Shown: one piece after another, positions 29,419 to 46,484 of the stretch
Numbering within the stretch: position 1 is the stretch's first letter
How the letters are laid out: the number at the start of each line of letters is the position of its first letter
Source of the DNA: Chlorokybus atmophyticus
Taxonomy: Eukaryota; Plantae; Mesostigma and Chlorokybus algae
NCBI GenBank assembly: GCA_009103225.1
Contig: RHPI01000560.1
Span: forward strand, 107,465-171,464
Reading direction: 5' to 3'
Length of the DNA stretch: 64,000 bases
Program-made: the position numbers and the translations under genes
Notes under the pieces: model-generated
Databases searched by the model: none
What the model was told of the DNA's origin: nothing
What the model saw: only the letters and a program-made list of their open reading frames with translations

Positions 29419-31235
29419 ATGATGGCGGCAATGGCGGCGACAATGGCGATGTCTGCGATTACCAAGGGATTGCGTGGGGAGTTTAGGTCTGCATCTGCAC
29501 CGGCAGCGCTGTCGTCAGCGGCGGCGATGGTGACGGTGCCCTCGCTCAGGACAAACAGCAGGGTTGGCACCGCTGCCCGGGACGCTTTCTTGGCAGCGCA
29601 TGTTCAGCGGGTTTGCGCTGTGGCTGGCTCTGCGCCAAGTCAGGTGTGTTCATGATCAAAGGCAGTCTGTCTCACATACAATTCAGTCTGGCTGATGGAT
29701 TAGCTGTTGGCTCTTGAGTCAGAGTCTGTAACAGGTTGAACATCGTTTGCCTCATCCTCTAGTTTTTGAACATAAGCTGCCATCAATTTGTAGCATGTTG
29801 TGTTGATGCTTGCATAATCGTGTACCAGCGAGCTTAACGCAGTTTCATTCTACCAGGTGTCGACAATGACAGTTGAGACATCACGCACGGCGGTCATTGA
29901 TCCGCCCTCCACCTCTGCACGCACGCCTGTTGTGAGGGGGCGAACAGTGGTTCGCCGGCGCCGCCTGGCCCGCAGGGCTGTGAGCCTGGAAAGGCAGCTT
30001 AGTCACATGCGCTCAGCAAGCCGGATGCGCTTCGGTGGAGTTGATGAGAGGAGTGGCAGTGGTGAGTCTGTTGAGGAGGTGGAGGAGGCGATCGCCGCTG
30101 CTGTGACGGAGGCTGCTGTGAAGGAGCAGTTGGAGAGACAATTCGCACACTCTGTTAGCACCTCACACCAGTCTCCACGCAGCAACAACTCACCATCGTC
30201 ACTGTACAGCAATACGCAGCTACTCACGGCTGAAGAAGAGGTCGCCCTGAGCCAAAAGATTCAACGCCGAAGGGTGAGTAAAGCAGTGTTGTTGTTGCCG
30301 CAGGAGGATGTGTTCATTTTGTTTATTCAACAGTTGTCGTGGAAGTTTTCATATTAAGTCATGTTGTCTGCGCTCAGGTGTTGGAAGAGACAAAGCAGCA
30401 GTTGGTGGAGCAGTTGGGGAGGGAGCCGTTGCTGGAAGAGTGGGCGATGTTCTTGCAGATGAAACCCACTGACTTGAAGCTGCAGCTGGACGAGGCAAAG
30501 GCTGCGAGGGATGAGTTGGTCCAGCGCAATGTGCGGCTAGTGGCCTCAGTTGCAAGAAAGTATGTTACAGCTTCACCACATTTTACCTATGACGATCTCT
30601 GCCAAGAGGGCACCATAGGGCTCATGCGCGCGGCGGAACTTTATGATGGCAAGCGGGGTTTTCGCTTCTCCACGTTTGCACATTGGTGGATTAGGCGAGG
30701 CATTCAGCGGGCACTTTCCGACACAGGCAGGACCATCAGGCTGCCGGTGTGGATGAATGAGTTTGTTGACAAGGTGCGGTCGGCGAGGATTGCTGTCACG
30801 CAACAGCTTGCACGTGAGCCCACTGTGGACGAGATTGCCCAACATCTCGGTGTTACACGCGAGCGCGTGCAGTTTGTGTACAAAGTAGCCCGCCAACCAA
30901 CCTCCCTGGACTCCGTAGTCTACCACAACGACTCCTCCCAGATCCTCCTCATTGACACCATTTCAGATGAGGACGAGAGTGCAGATGATCTCAATGATGC
31001 TGACATAGACTTCCTCAAGATGGATCTGGAGGACCTGCTGGACACACTCAAGCCTCGAGAGGGTGCGGTGCTACGCATGCGCTACGGTCTCGATGATGGC
31101 AGGAGTAAGAGTTGGGATGAGATAGCAAGCAAGTTGGAGTTCACACCGCAGACCATCCGCAGAGATGAGAAGTCTGGGTTGAAGAAGCTACGGCACCCGC
31201 AGAGGGCTAGCTATCTCAAGACTTACCTGGTGTAG
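29419..31235 (+). CDS. Nucleus-encoded plastid RNA polymerase sigma-70 factor (3 exons, ~499 aa)
   Basis: Exons 29419-29643, 29857-30273 and 30378-31235, all phase 0. Ala/Ser-rich transit peptide; region 1.2 LLTAEEEVALSQKIQ; region 2 NVRLVASVARKY, DLCQEGTIGLMRAAELYDGKRGFRFSTFAHWWIR; regions 3 and 4 present. Confidence 0.95.
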
Positions 31236-32317
31236 ACTGTACGCTGCTAGAGTGCAGGTGTAGAGTGTGTATTGCTAGCCACCAGTTGTTGAGCTGGACA
31301 CTGTAGCAGTACTGCTGAGTAGATTATCTGGCAGATATATAATCACATTAGTGTACATCATTAATGCTTGAAGTAAGCTGGCGGGTTGGTTGATCTGCAT
31401 ACATACCTCTCTAGTGCTGTTAGTGGTTAGACCTCAAAGATGCTGTAAGACACGTCTCCAAACAGTGTAAACAGATAATAACAGCAACAGCAAGTGCTGC
31501 TTGCTATGCCAGGATCAGATATGTTGCGTTTGCATACACTCTTGCTGTCAGTGGTGAAGAGGAAGTTGCCATATTCACTGCAGCATGCTTCCCTCATGCT
31601 GTAAGTAGCTAGATTTGAGAGACGCGTTGTAAGTCACAACATTAGAAACAAAAGTGTGAAAACAGATAATAAGGTCAACTGGAAGTGATGCTGACTGTGC
31701 CAGTACCGGATAATTTCAACTTAGTCACTCGCTATCAGTGGTGAAGGGGAATGTCAACTTGGCTTCACTCTCGCTGTCATGGTGAAGGGGGAATCTGAAG
31801 TTACTGCAGCCTCTGTTTGCGCATTGGTTTTGCAGTGTATGTTGAGTATAAAAGTTGCCAGTGTCTGTTGATAAAAATGTGGGGTTGTATCTACATGTGT
31901 AAAAGCTTTCTCTATTTGCATCTCACATCCACAAGTTTGCCTCTGCCTGCTATAGCTCATGTACAATCATGAGGTATTGGAGCATTGTACCAGAAACTCA
32001 CTTTGTGCAAGTCGTGCAGTATTGGTAATTGTTGCTGCGGGGTCTTTGTTGCTGCAGGGCAAAATTAAACAATCGGTTTGCTTGCTGGGGCACTCCTAGC
32101 AGGCAAAGGTTGTAGGCCCTTAGTCGTTGGCTATGGTCTGGCAACTGCTACAGCAACTAGCGCAGTACCGAACCCAGGGAACCATATGTGTACAGTTATA
32201 GGTATATCCGCAGTTGGTGACAATGCTTGCTCTGCCCCTTGCCTTGAAAACTGCCAAGTATGTGACGGGGAATAGCACGAGTGCAAAACTTTTGACTTTT
32301 GACTCGAGTTGAGTTGT

Positions 32318-32981
32318 TCAGACGCGCTGCAGATCAATATGGGTGATACCAAACTCGGTGCGCCCGAGGTTGCCTGTCTGGGTCTCGTCATTGATGTGGG
32401 CTTGGACTCCCCACAGACGGCTCTCTCGCAGGCTGTTCCTGGCGGGCCCACCAGCACCGAGGACGTGGTCACGCGTGATGGGTCCTCCAACTCTCGCGCC
32501 ACCTCCCGCGCGGTCAACCATCCGTCCCTCGAGGCGAGTAGATGGACCTGAACGCACACGTACGCATCGTTGGTGTCAGCTACCACACAGCAGCCAGCCA
32601 CTGGTGGTCTCCGTCATCAAGTGAAGGCTGCAACCACTTGACAGCTCACAAAGCAAGCCGAGCTCTTGCTCGCATTGTGTTACACACTGTAAGCTTAGGT
32701 GTTGTGCGCAGTGCAACAGCAGCACAGAACAACACAACATAACACGACGCAAGACAACACAACACGCACCCTTCCAAGGGGGGAGAGTGACCAGGAGGAG
32801 CCCGGACCGGAGAAGAGCGGTGCCGTCTGGCTGCTGAAGGGCGGTGGAGTCGCTCATGTGGACGGCCACCCTGGTCACGCGCTTGGTTGCGGCGCAGAGA
32901 TGCGGAGCCGTAGGAAGGCGTGGCTCGGCGGCGACGTATTCGATGCCGTTGACGCCGGAGGGGTTGTACGACGGGTTATGC
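32318..32981 (-). CDS. 3' part of an uncharacterised spliced gene
   Basis: Exon 32981-32770 (HNPSYNPSGVNGIEYVAAEPRLP...LLLVTLPPWK) splices in phase to exon 32547-32318 (GPSTRLEG...GITHIDLQRV*). C-ending codon bias. The 5' exons were not resolved. Confidence 0.5.
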
Positions 32982-34284
32982 CTGGATCACAGGGTCCTGG
33001 GTCAGACAACCATCGCCGCTGCTCCATACGAAGCTGCCTGAAACACCAACCCTGCACATGATACTATGTGCATACACGTAGTGCCCTGCAAGCACAAGTG
33101 CAGTACCACTCGCATATGGAGCTTGGTATGGTTGGTATGCGTAGTGATAAAGGTTTTCTAACTACTTGAGTGTCTTACACAAGACAATATGGGATGCATA
33201 CGCAGTCAGCAACTAGCCTCACGAAAGTGTTCTGCGTGTCAACATGTGTTCACTCGTGTAACGGTATAGTACACTGGCAGCTTGCAATCAGTTGTGGAGA
33301 CATCCTCCACACATTATCACTGTATTATGATGGTGGAAAGCTATTCAACTATGCAAGGGGGCTTTATCAGCATGCAAGGGTGTCGGTGACAAAGACGGTG
33401 CGCAGGTCTAGCACCTACTGCACCGCCCCTGTGCTGATGATGATTGAAAGGCTGCCACGCCTGCATACGCACCTGGCTGGGAAAAACGCTCGCACCTGTG
33501 CATGAATACGTGTGTATCAGTGAAATATTGCGTGTGTGCGCATATGAGCGCATGGCCTGAGTGCATGTGTATGAGATGTATGAAGATGGGCGTGTGCATG
33601 GAAGCGCACATGCACATCACGCGCAATTGTGGATGGGCCGTTAGATGTGCTGGCCCGTTGCGGATGCTCTAGAGGTCACGCTATTGCATGCTGTGCAATC
33701 ATTTGTAGAGTACCCAAGCTCAAAGTGCACATGAGCAGGTTGAGTGTGACATACAACTGTAAAGAAAGTTGTTGTGCACAAGTTCAAGCCGCCTACATGA
33801 TATGGAGACAACGATGGAGACAACCACGACTACACAAGCTGGAAATGACAATGGCATTGGTTCATATCGGATATAAACTCGACAACACATACAAGTTCTG
33901 CCTACATGCCATACAATATTATGCAATGAACGCAATCAGACCTGTGAGTGAATCAAGACTTTTGCTTTGAGAGTCACGCTACTTGCGACTGATCCAGCGA
34001 CTATAGCTACGCGCACTATACCTACGCGCACGAACAAGTAACACAGACAATCACGTGGCTACTGAAATATGTAGCAAAACATGTTCTTTTTTCTGATACT
34101 ACCAAAAGGATAAACCACAAGATGTACGACTTATTTATTGGTTTGTAGCAGCGCAATTACCATTCCAATTCGCAAAAGACTCGTGCTGTCTTGCAGCAGC
34201 GCAGCCCCCCTTTCATGCAGAATTCACGTGGTCACGAAGATGGGAGTAAAATCTCTTCGGGGCAGGTGTTGAACTCCAGTAACT

Positions 34285-38112
<3,828 letters not shown>

Positions 38113-38427
38113 TTGTCCTGCGTAAAAGACCTGCTCAGACAATGCTCACTCTGTTCCAGTAGCAGCTTACAAGCCGCATCAAGGAAGCGCACACACCCAC
38201 TTGCACGCATGCAGACGCATGCACGCACACACGCACAAACACACGCCCACAACCAAACCTCCCCACCCCCACACTTCTCTGCTTACACATACAGAGCCTC
38301 TGTGCTGAGCGCTGCACGTACCTTCGAATATGGTTGCCGCTGAAGAAGAGATCAAGCCTGGAGCGCGCAGACTGACTCGCCGCTTACACGAATGTTGGAG
38401 CTATTCCCCACATGTGCTTGGGCCAAG

Positions 38428-39427
<1,000 letters not shown>

Positions 39428-42169
39428 CTGCAGATGTGCCTGTGTTGCAATCACCCAGATTATGCTACACACATTTCTACCTTAGATGTTATGCGAGTGA
39501 ATCAGATTCACTACGCCGACAAGAATCTATAGTGCATTTGTAGTGCAGGGACAGAAGGTTTGTCATTATCATTGTGTTAAGTTCTTGTGTGCTGTGAGTT
39601 ATGCGCTCTGTTTATTGCATGATATGCGTCAGGGTGCATGACTGCAGCAACGTGTGATTGCAGAAGTAATAGATAAGTAGTAACCTATATTTTGATTTAA
39701 ACAAGTTATTGCGCCTTGGGTATGACTCGATGATTAAGGTAGTTGAAGTATTTTTAGAGACATATCATGCATGTGCATTATTCATTATACGCAGCAATGA
39801 CTGTTATATTCAAAGATCTTGCATGCTTTAATATGATGATGTGTAATGCGCTGATAGCAACATAAAAATCACACATTCAAACATATTTGTGTATTGGAGG
39901 CATTAAGGTGTAAGATTTCCCTTCAATCATACACTCATACAATGCATGCTTTATGCTCGATTAAGTTGTAAGCAGCTATTGCAATTGCTTTCGGATTTTT
40001 GCTATTGTTCACCTTCAGTAGCACAATTGGAACAAATCGTGTGGTCACATTATTGCAAATTTAATTGTGCATGCTGTAACATGACGTTTGATTATAAAAC
40101 TGTTTAAATAGCCGATGTTCAAAGCATCCAGAGGCATCATGCCTCTATAATCTTCTCATCCCCTTGTTTAATACGGTTGGTTTCGCATGGTCTCATGCGT
40201 TTGCTGTGGTTGTGCTTTGGGCTTCATTTTCAACATTGCCGCTGTTAGGTTGATTATCCGCCTGCTGTTGCGGGGGGGCTTGTTTGCTCGTATGAAACGC
40301 TCGTGCTGACCTCCTGCTATCACGACATGGGCGTTGCTCGCCGCCTACCTTGTGTCTCCATCAGTGTGAAGGGGCTGAAAGCTAGGAAGCATGTGCAGCG
40401 CACAAATATATACGTGCGCTTTGCATGCTTCCTTGCATAGCGCACATATATACTTGGGCAAGAGAGGGGCGCAAAGAGGGAGGGGCAGATGTAGAGGGCG
40501 CAATGCCTGGCAATGATCACACCTCTACCTTCAAGGCCAACGGTTGGCCATGCGCTTCAAGCATACAAGCGACTTGGACGGATAACGCGCTATAGCCGCC
40601 GGGCTAAGTCCGCGCGCCCTAGCCGCACTTGTACCCCTGCGAGCAATAGGCACAAAACAAAGACCCTGCAGCTGAAGCTGCAGTTGTTGCAATTAGGCGA
40701 TGCAGGCAAATACCGGGGCGGTGTGGGAGTACAATTGCTGGGGCTTGTGATCACACACAGAGCCTCACGACGCATATGCCTAAGACTGGCGCTCAAGTCA
40801 TTTGTGGGTGAGCATCACACGCTATCATAGCGTGTGACGCTCACCTACAGCGCTCATCGCCACAGTGTCACCCTTCCCACAATCCACCACAAACATGGGT
40901 CATCACTTCAAATGATACCCTGGCTTGGTTAAATGGCTCAGCTAGTAGTATTAACAGCCTAGAGAGCAGGTCCCGCATGCACGCACGCACGTATTCATGG
41001 CCGAGCCATGTACATGTACATACAGCCATAAAGTAGGCTCCTCGCATGAAGTTCACAAACAACCCACATACCACAACCGATCAAACACTCATGCAAGCCA
41101 GCATGCATCATCACAATATATGTGTTACACATTGCATTTTGCATTGATAAGCTTTGAGCATGCAAGTGTTGTGTAATCATATAGACATGTGAACCATACA
41201 TTAAGCCCCCACGGCGTGCTAGATACTACCGTGAAACATATGTAATATATGTATTACATTTTGTGTGCAATCAGTTCCCACTTTATGCCCATCTTCATCG
41301 GTAACCACTAAACGTATATTTCAACAGGTGGCTCATGTTGCTGCATGATAAATGAGCTTCCCAAGCATTGGCACGTGCTGATGCTTGGAAAACCTATGCT
41401 GTGCACAGCATGCAAAGCCAACTACAAGGCAAACGGTCAGACAGGCAAGAGCACTCAATTATGCTGGCAGAAACCAAGCTAAGTGCGCGCGCTATGTGCT
41501 TGAGGTGAGCAGAGGGGCCGCCGCGGGGGTGAGGAGCAGCAATGTGGGGGAGGGGCGGGTGAAGCAAGTTCAAGGTGGCAAGGCAAGCATACCTGTGCGC
41601 ACAAGGCTGGAGGTAAGGACGGTAGCTTGTATCGCAGCAACGCACAGCAGCAAGGCAGGGCGACGGGTGATGGGCGGTGATGCTGTGTTGTGGCATGTAA
41701 TGCAAACAATGCAGCTGCTATGGCGGGGAGGTTGTAGTGATTTGATGAGACTTATAAGACCCGTATGGGTTGTGTGCTGTGAAAGGCTGCAGGCAATGCA
41801 CTATGAATTGCCGTTGTTTGGACAGTAGTTGTTATGAAATGAGGGGTTTCCACTAGGTCCCATCCGCAAAAGCCGCTGATGGTTGAGGATTTCACATGGA
41901 ACTACGCTACAATTGTAACAGTAGTAAAGTCATATCGATCAGTTAGCAGTTTGAGAGTCCACAGTGGTTAGTAATTGGTTCAGCAGGCACGGCACAAGGC
42001 ATCAGCTTACATCGCATGCATGCATGTGCGGGCAGACACTCCGGTCTGCTCCCCACACATATGCGTAACCACTCACCTCACTCACCTATGCAGAGCTTTT
42101 GCACTTATTCGGCACCATCACATACAACAGCTGGTAGGTCATGTCATACCTGCAGCCCTACATCATATA

Positions 42170-42720
42170 CATCGTCGCTCTCAGCTTGCCCAGCAGCACT
42201 CGCAAGTGATAGCCATCAGCCACCATATCTTGTAACAATTACACCATCTCCTACATAATGTGTTCTTGCAAGCTGCAAATGCGTATGAACCTTACCGATT
42301 GTGACACCACCACTCCCAACTTTGCTGATTAAGAGATGAGACTGTCCGGTGTGGTGCCCTTCGTTTTGGCAAGTATATGAACGGAGCAGTGTTAAGTTCA
42401 TTGTACACACGTGTGCATAGCTCAAGGACTGGTGCTTGAAAATCTGTCAAGTTCAAGAAAGGAATTGCAACTCCCAGAGCTGTCTGAGTCCGTGTGAGCA
42501 TGTGCCGCATCTTGCGGGTATAGGCCTCCCCCCGGTGCTACTGGGTTGAGGTACTGACAAGTAGTGATTTTCAGGAGGTTCACCACCAGCAAGTCGTCCA
42601 GATATCTCAGGACGTTCATGGCATGGAACCTCAAGGCCAAAGATTTTTGCCCACTCGCCACCAATCTGTGCATGAAGTCTAGCTCATAGGCTAGTAAGCC
42701 GTAATTGCCTATAGGTATAC
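42170..42720 (-). mobile_element. 5'-truncated, decayed Penelope-like element reverse transcriptase fragment (Chlamys/Naiad-like)
   Basis: Minus strand reads GNYGLLAYELDFMHRL...LALRF...VLRYLDDLLVVN...LYPQ, then after frameshifts IPFLNL...TRVYNE and KLGVVVSQSVRFIRICS...LLQDMVADGYH. This is the motif order of PLE RT domains 4-7 plus thumb. Confidence 0.75.
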
Positions 42721-44819
42721 CATTGACCTATTGGTGCGGTTGGGTTTGTTCTGTCTGCACAAGAAGTTATGCAAAACAAATTGCAACATGTGATGCAAAT
42801 TCTGTGCTATAAACACTTTGGTTAGACACTCATGGATGCATTGGTTGGCGCACAAAGGGTCACTGGGTAGCCACTTGCAAGTAGCAAGCTACCTCATGAA
42901 CCAAGCACGATGCACTTAGCCTGCAATTACACGTTATGCATGCGCATGCATGTCCTGTATTTGATGTACACTTACAACATGGTGTGCAAATTGTCAACTC
43001 AACCACCTGTACCATAATAGCCCACACCTGACTGCTAACACCTGCAACTCATAAGACTACAATCAAACGCTAAATTAGCAAGTACGAGGCATGCAAAGAA
43101 AAGAAACTTACCAAAAAGGTACCCACTTAACGTCAGCCCATGCACTCCGCAATGAGTACTTCCGCGACAAGTACAGAGGTACTTGCAGACTCCCCTCCCA
43201 TTGTTGCTGCTGTGAGAGTGACTTGTTGTGCTGGGTTTGGCATAACCTTTTGACTGTACTGTATGTGTGAGAGAATGCATACTACTCCCCACCAAATAGG
43301 CTAGCAAGACATCTCCCAAGTAATCAGAGGGCATATACTTCACGGATGTATTGCACAATTTCTACTACGGTAACAACCCACTCAAAATCACAACGGGGAG
43401 CTGGAGAAAGGCAGTCAGCCAAGCCAGGTGGGTGCTCGACCGCAAATGGCTGCCTTCTGAAGTTGGGCTACAAAGATGTACACTTGTATCTAACCGTCTG
43501 TGTGCAACAATAATGTAACAAAATTGCTCGTTCTCTCCTCGTGTATCTCACACTTGCAGTTGGACTGTCCCCCTTGCCGACCATGTCAGCAGCAGCGGCC
43601 AGCCGACGGGGGGATGGAGATGGCGGAAAATTGCCTAGTATTTACAGTTTTCCAAAACCTATGCAGCGGCCACATTGACACTGGTAACTGGATTGTTAGG
43701 AGGTTCACCACCAGCAAGTCGTCCAGATATCTCAGGACGTTCATGGCATGGAACCTCAAGGCCAAAGATTTTTGCCCACTCGCCACCAATCTGTGCATGA
43801 AGTCTAGCTCATAGGCTAGTAAGCCGTAATTGCCTATAGGTATACCATTGACCTATTGGTGCGGTTGGGTTTGTTCTGTCTGCACAAGAAGTTATGCAAA
43901 ACAAATTGCAACATGTGATGCAAATTCTGTGCTATAAACACTTTGGTTAGACACTCATGGATGCATTGGTTGGCGCACAAAGGGTCACTGGGTAGCCACT
44001 TGCAAGTAGCAAGCTACCTCATGAACCAAGCACGATGCACTTAGCCTGCAATTACACGTTATGCATGCGCATGCATGTCCTGTATTTGATGTACACTTAC
44101 AACATGGTGTGCAAATTGTCAACTCAACCACCTGTACCATAATAGCCCACACCTGACTGCTAACACCTGCAACTCATAAGACTACAATCAAACGCTAAAT
44201 TAGCAAGTACGAGGCATGCAAAGAAAAGAAACTTACCAAAAAGGTACCCACTTAACGTCAGCCCATGCACTCCGCAATGAGTACTTCCGCGACAAGTACA
44301 GAGGTACTTGCAGACTCCCCTCCCATTGTTGCTGCTGTGAGAGTGACTTGTTGTGCTGGGTTTGGCATAACCTTTTGACTGTACTGTATGTGTGAGAGAA
44401 TGCATACTACTCCCCACCAAATAGGCTAGCAAGACATCTCCCAAGTAATCAGAGGGCATATACTTCACGGATGTATTGCACAATTTCTACTACGGTAACA
44501 ACCCACTCAAAATCACAACGGGGAGCTGGAGAAAGGCAGTCAGCCAAGCCAGGTGGGTGCTCGACCGCAAATGGCTGCCTTCTGAAGTTGGGCTACAAAG
44601 ATGTACACTTGTATCTAACCGTCTGTGTGCAACAATAATGTAACAAAATTGCTCGTTCTCTCCTCGTGTATCTCACACTTGCAGTTGGACTGTCCCCCTT
44701 GCCGACATGTCAGCAGCAGCGGCCAGCCGACGGGGGGATGGAGATGGCGGAAAATTGCCTAGTATTTACAGTTTTCCAAAACCTATGCAGCGGCCACATT
44801 GACACTGGTAACTGGATTG
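42573..44819. repeat. Near-identical tandem duplication of ~1.12 kb (copies 42573-43695 and 43698-44819)
   Basis: Identical ORFs offset by 1125 nt (43035-43358 and 44160-44483). One 1-nt indel was seen (GCCGACCATG vs GCCGACATG). GATT microhomology at the junction. Confidence 0.95.
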
Positions 44820-46484
44820 CCATGGCGTTGCAGCTCGGCCATCACAGCTTCCATGTTGGGAGGGCGAAGTCCTAGCGGTAGCGTCTTCTTGGGGTCTCGC
44901 AGCGCTTCCTGAATAGCTGCGCATACTTCCTCTCGAACCTGCAGCGTAATGGTTGATGGTTAGCATCGCAGTCGCAGCATGCCAAGTCAATGAAACACGG
45001 GCAGTCAACAACAGTACATACCGATGCAGTAGGGGTGCCAATTGAGCAAAATGGTGTGGAGGCAGGGGCAAAGCCAGGCTGCATGTGACCCTTCATGGGT
45101 ACAGCCATAGGCTGGACACAAGCCACGCCAAACATGGGTGCCGGTTGTCCTGTCACAGGGATGAGAGGCTGCGGGCGAGGGGCGAGGGGCGGCTGTGAGG
45201 GATGCCATTTGGTATTGGCAGGTGCTACAGGTGCAGGCATGGTGGGCGCCCAACCCGGTGCGACTACTTGACCCATGATGGGCGCTGGCATGGAGGGCAT
45301 GGGCTGCATGGTGGCAGGCACAGGGATGCCCCATACATGACCAATGGGTCTGGGCATGCCATGGGGAGGTGCGGGTGCAATGGGCGCGAGCCTGGTGGGT
45401 TGCCAGGTATGCTGCGGGGGGTGCTGCGGCTGGTGCTGCTGCTGTCGCTGCTGTGGCTGCTGCGGCGGCAGAGGCTGCTGTGGTGCGTGCTGCTGCTGCT
45501 GTGGCTGCTGTGGTTGCTGCCAGCTGGCAGTCTCAGCGGCACGTGCGAGCATGTGGCGGCGATGCGAGCGGTACTTCTGTAGGTGACTTGCAACGTTATG
45601 TCTGGTGAGATACGGCACGCCCATCAACTCGGCAATCCGTGATGGCATGGCTTTTTCAGCACCAAGTTGCTCAACAACCTGCACAGCCACCCTTGTCATG
45701 TCCAATGCTACACAAAGGAAGAAACACGAGGCATAGCCCATGGCACCATGACCTACCTGAACAAAACGCGCGTGCAGTTCCGGCGTCCAGTCAACCTTCA
45801 TCTTCCTGCGCTTCGCTGTGGGCTTGCCATCACTGTCGCCAAAGTCCTCATGCACAACTTCTGGGGCTTCGCGCTTGACATCCACACCTTTCACTGCATC
45901 CAGCCCAAAAAGGTTGCTTCCATCCTCGCTATCGCTGCTGCTAGTCTCTTGCTTGACTTCTTGAAGGGCATCCAATGTACAATCATCGTCCATCCAAGGC
46001 ATGTCAGCCACATCAAAAGCCACCGCGGACCAGTCCACCACATTGGAGCTCATGTCCGGCTTCGTGTCCGTCTCAAGCATGGGCCAGAAAAGGGCCGCAT
46101 CATCTGCATCTGCTAACGACCCAACTTGTCCACTGGTCTCCGTCAAGTCGCAATCACTAGAAGCATCGCTGAAAAACGTCTGCAACGTACACACATGTTA
46201 GATACCACCGCACGCGGTGTGCATATGACTACTAGTGTGTGTGTGTGTGGGTGGGGGGGGGGGGGGGGGGCNGGGGGGGGGGGGGGGGGCATTGCAAAGC
46301 AGTATACATTGTCAAGGTCAAGGCCAGCAATGGTGGCGGCGGCATCGCTCAAGTCCTTGGTGATGAAGTCCAGTGTGGAGTCGTCATCCTGTGGCGGTGT
46401 TGTTGCAGGGACAGACAGCTTGCAATCAACAGAGAGGAAGGAGTCCGCGGAGCAGAACGAGTCATCCGAAGAGATTTGGCACAT
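44783..46484 (-). CDS. GLK: Golden2-like (GARP) transcription factor with GCT box (4 exons, ~470 aa)
   Basis: Exons 46484-46308, 46179-45757, 45678-45022 and 44938-44783, all phase 0. [14 protein letters not shown]|[19 protein letters not shown]...[30 protein letters not shown], then a Pro/Gln-rich region and the GCT box [34 protein letters not shown]. Confidence 0.93.
46253..46289. repeat. Poly-G tract containing an N, in GLK intron 1
   Basis: Direct reading; N at 46272. Confidence 0.9.
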
